Positions 62,031 to 64,000 of a stretch of DNA of 64,000 nucleotides are shown here, piece by piece. The stretch's first letter is position 1; the number at the start of each line of letters is the position of its first letter. The stretch is from Planctomycetota bacterium. Lineage in GTDB: Bacteria; Planctomycetota; B15-G4; SIAN01. The notes under the pieces are model-generated. The model made no database searches, had not been told where the DNA came from, and saw only the letters and a list, made by a program, of their open reading frames with translations. A program made the position numbers and the translations under genes. The stretch covers positions 202,370-266,369 of the forward strand of contig JANQQL010000050.1 in assembly GCA_028289345.1 (NCBI GenBank), given 5' to 3'.

Positions 62031-63278
62031 ATGAAGCGGAACGACTCCTGGAAGCAATCCTCTCCGCAAAGCGTTTCGAACGGCGGATCGGGAATCACCT
62101 TCGTCATCCCTTGTCTCGATGAAGAGCCCGCCATTGCCGAAGTGATCAAAGCAGCTCGCGAAGGCGCGAAGAAGCTGAACCTGGACGCCGAGATCATCGT
62201 CGTCGACAACGGCAGTACAGACCGTTCGGCGGAGATCGCAAGGGAGCACGGCGCCAGGGTCCTTGAAGAGCCTCGAACAGGATACGGGTCCGCGCTACGC
62301 CGTGGCTTCAACAGTGCATCCCATGAAGTCGTCGTGATGGGTGACGCCGATTTGACCTACGACTTCCGCGAAATCAGCGACTTGGTAGAGCCCATCCTCG
62401 AGGACAAAGCTGACTTTGCCATTGGCAACCGGATGAAGAACATCCAGCCTGGCGCAATGCCATTCATGAACCGCTACGTCGGAAATCCGATCTTGTCGCT
62501 CGCGCTTCGAGTGATGTTTCACGGCAATCGCACGAAGGACGCGCACTGCGGCCTGCGGGCCATTCGGAGATCGTCATACGCCAAGCTCAACTGCGTCACG
62601 ACGGGGATGGAGTTTGCAAGCGAGATGGTCGTTCGAGCCATTGACAGCAAGCTGCGTGTGGTTGAGCGAAACATCAACTACTACCCTCGTCTCGGTGACT
62701 CCAAGCTGCACCCTTTCCCCGATGGATGGCGGCACCTGCGGTTCATGATGTTGCATAGCCCCACCTGGATGCTCTTGATTCCCGGGGCGATTGGCTGGTT
62801 TCTCGGCCTCGCGATTTCCATCCCCATGGCATTTGGCCCCCTGGAAATCAAAGGGAGAGTCTTCGACATTCACTGCATGATGACGGGGGGGCTGCTGAAC
62901 ATCATCAGCATTCAAGTGATCACGATCGGGCTCTTGTCCAAAGCGTACGCACACCTGAGCGGCCTTCGGCCAGACCCAATTGTTCGCTGGTTCTATCGCT
63001 GGTTCACCTTTGAAAGGGCTCTCCTCCTTGCGGCGCCCCTCATCCTCGTTGGACTCTTTGTCGTGCTCCGCATCGTGTACGTCTGGACCACAAGCGGGTT
63101 CGGGGAGCTGTCGCAGGCAAAACCGTTCTTTCTGGGAATCATGTGTCTTATCAATGGGGCTCAGATTTGGTCCTCGTGCTTCCTGTTTAGCATCATGGCA
63201 ATGCCTCGCCGGTACGACTCTCTGCCCCAAGGGCCCATCGAGCGGGGCTCCCCCGCCTCCAATTCCAATGGAACGTAG
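62031..63278 (+). CDS. GT2 glycosyltransferase (DPM1-like) with C-terminal TM domain
   Basis: IPCLDEE, VDNGSTD, GYG, GDADLTY, GMEFASEM, DGWRHLR. Confidence 0.93.
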   Translation: MKRNDSWKQSSPQSVSNGGSGITFVIPCLDEEPAIAEVIKAAREGAKKLNLDAEIIVVDNGSTDRSAEIAREHGARVLEEPRTGYGSALRRGFNSASHEVVVMGDADLTYDFREISDLVEPILEDKADFAIGNRMKNIQPGAMPFMNRYVGNPILSLALRVMFHGNRTKDAHCGLRAIRRSSYAKLNCVTTGMEFASEMVVRAIDSKLRVVERNINYYPRLGDSKLHPFPDGWRHLRFMMLHSPTWMLLIPGAIGWFLGLAISIPMAFGPLEIKGRVFDIHCMMTGGLLNIISIQVITIGLLSKAYAHLSGLRPDPIVRWFYRWFTFERALLLAAPLILVGLFVVLRIVYVWTTSGFGELSQAKPFFLGIMCLINGAQIWSSCFLFSIMAMPRRYDSLPQGPIERGSPASNSNGT

Positions 63279-63578
63279 CGCTCGCAGTCAGGGGCTCGCT
63301 CGCAGCATCCAGGCCGTCAAGGCTCGCGACTTGTTCGAGTCTCCGCGAAGACTTTCCTTCGGCCATCGGTGCGCGTCCGCCTCGGACCAAAGTCAGGAGT
63401 CCTCGAGACGGATGGGTTCTGACCACAGGCCGCAGCAGACCGAAGACGTCCCTCGGCGGTGGCTCCGCGCACTGGGGGGAACTGCCGGCTCCCCGATCGT
63501 CCGCGAACCCGGGGATTCGGGCTTCGCTGAGCTGAAAACCGAAGCCCGCTTCCACGACCAGCCGGGAGATCGTCACCG

Positions 63579-64000
63579 ATGACCACTCCCCGTGTTTCGG
63601 TCGTGATTCCAGTTTTGAACGCCGAGCCCTACTTGCGAAGTCTCCTGGAAGCCATCCTTGACCAGGAGACGCCCGTGGAAGAGATCCTTCTGCTTGACTC
63701 GATGTCGACCGACCGCACTTGCGAGATTGCGCGCGGCTTTCCCCAAGTCACTCTCTACCCAATCCGAAACTTCTCTCACGGCGGAACTCGGAACTACGGC
63801 GCACAGCTCGCCCGCGGAGAGATCGTGGCACTCCTCACGCAGGATGCGCTCCCGAAGGATCGCCACTGGCTTTCCTTTCTCCTTGCACCGTTTGCCGACC
63901 CCAAAGTTGCCGCCACGTACTCGCGTCAGATTCCGCGGCCAGACGTCAACCCGATGGAAGAGTTCTTTTTGAGGACCCGATTTCCGAAGGAGACGGTTCG
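63579..64000 (+). CDS. GT2 glycosyltransferase (rhamnosyltransferase-like), runs off the window
   Basis: Own translation, absent from the ORF track: MTTPRVSVVIPVLNA...DSMSTD...FSHGGTRN...LTQDA...YSRQIPR. Confidence 0.88.
   Translation, partial: MTTPRVSVVIPVLNAEPYLRSLLEAILDQETPVEEILLLDSMSTDRTCEIARGFPQVTLYPIRNFSHGGTRNYGAQLARGEIVALLTQDALPKDRHWLSFLLAPFADPKVAATYSRQIPRPDVNPMEEFFLRTRFPKETV

Noticed and set aside
61490..62122. 210-aa ORF upstream of the GT2
   Set aside because: No recognisable motif or RBS, and it overlaps the GT2 start; probably a regulatory spacer

Overview
High-GC bacterial chromosome segment. It is probably from a Planctomycetota lineage; this is inferred from the ECF sigma/Ser-Thr kinase pair and the many secreted hypothetical proteins. 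It carries about 50 CDS, mixing housekeeping genes (thyA-folA, fmt-rsmB, trxA, scpA, kdsD-kdsC, msrAB, mmuM) with accessory genes. I saw no rRNA, tRNA, CRISPR array or transposase. Main observations: (1) two selenoprotein candidates that the ORF track splits or truncates at an in-frame UGA, a UxxC thioredoxin-fold protein (19870-20457) and an exported Cys-free TPGU peroxiredoxin (38658-39176), each with a SECIS-like hairpin 16-17 nt after the UGA; (2) a self-contained two-component module (11.4-18.2 kb) with two oppositely charged paralogous secreted proteins of unknown family, a GT4 and an OmpR/HK pair, where all three promoters share an RTAAY-N6-GTAAT box 21-22 nt upstream of a -10-like hexamer; (3) a DAHP-synthase-like enzyme with an altered substrate-phosphate motif, divergent from a CMP-ulosonate synthetase and next to a GT, possibly a novel sugar-acid pathway; (4) two apparent pseudo-enzymes (a His-less kinase and a Ser/His-less SGNH protein) and a 986-aa protein in the lptC/lptA position. 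All family calls come from motif recognition by eye; no database search was run.
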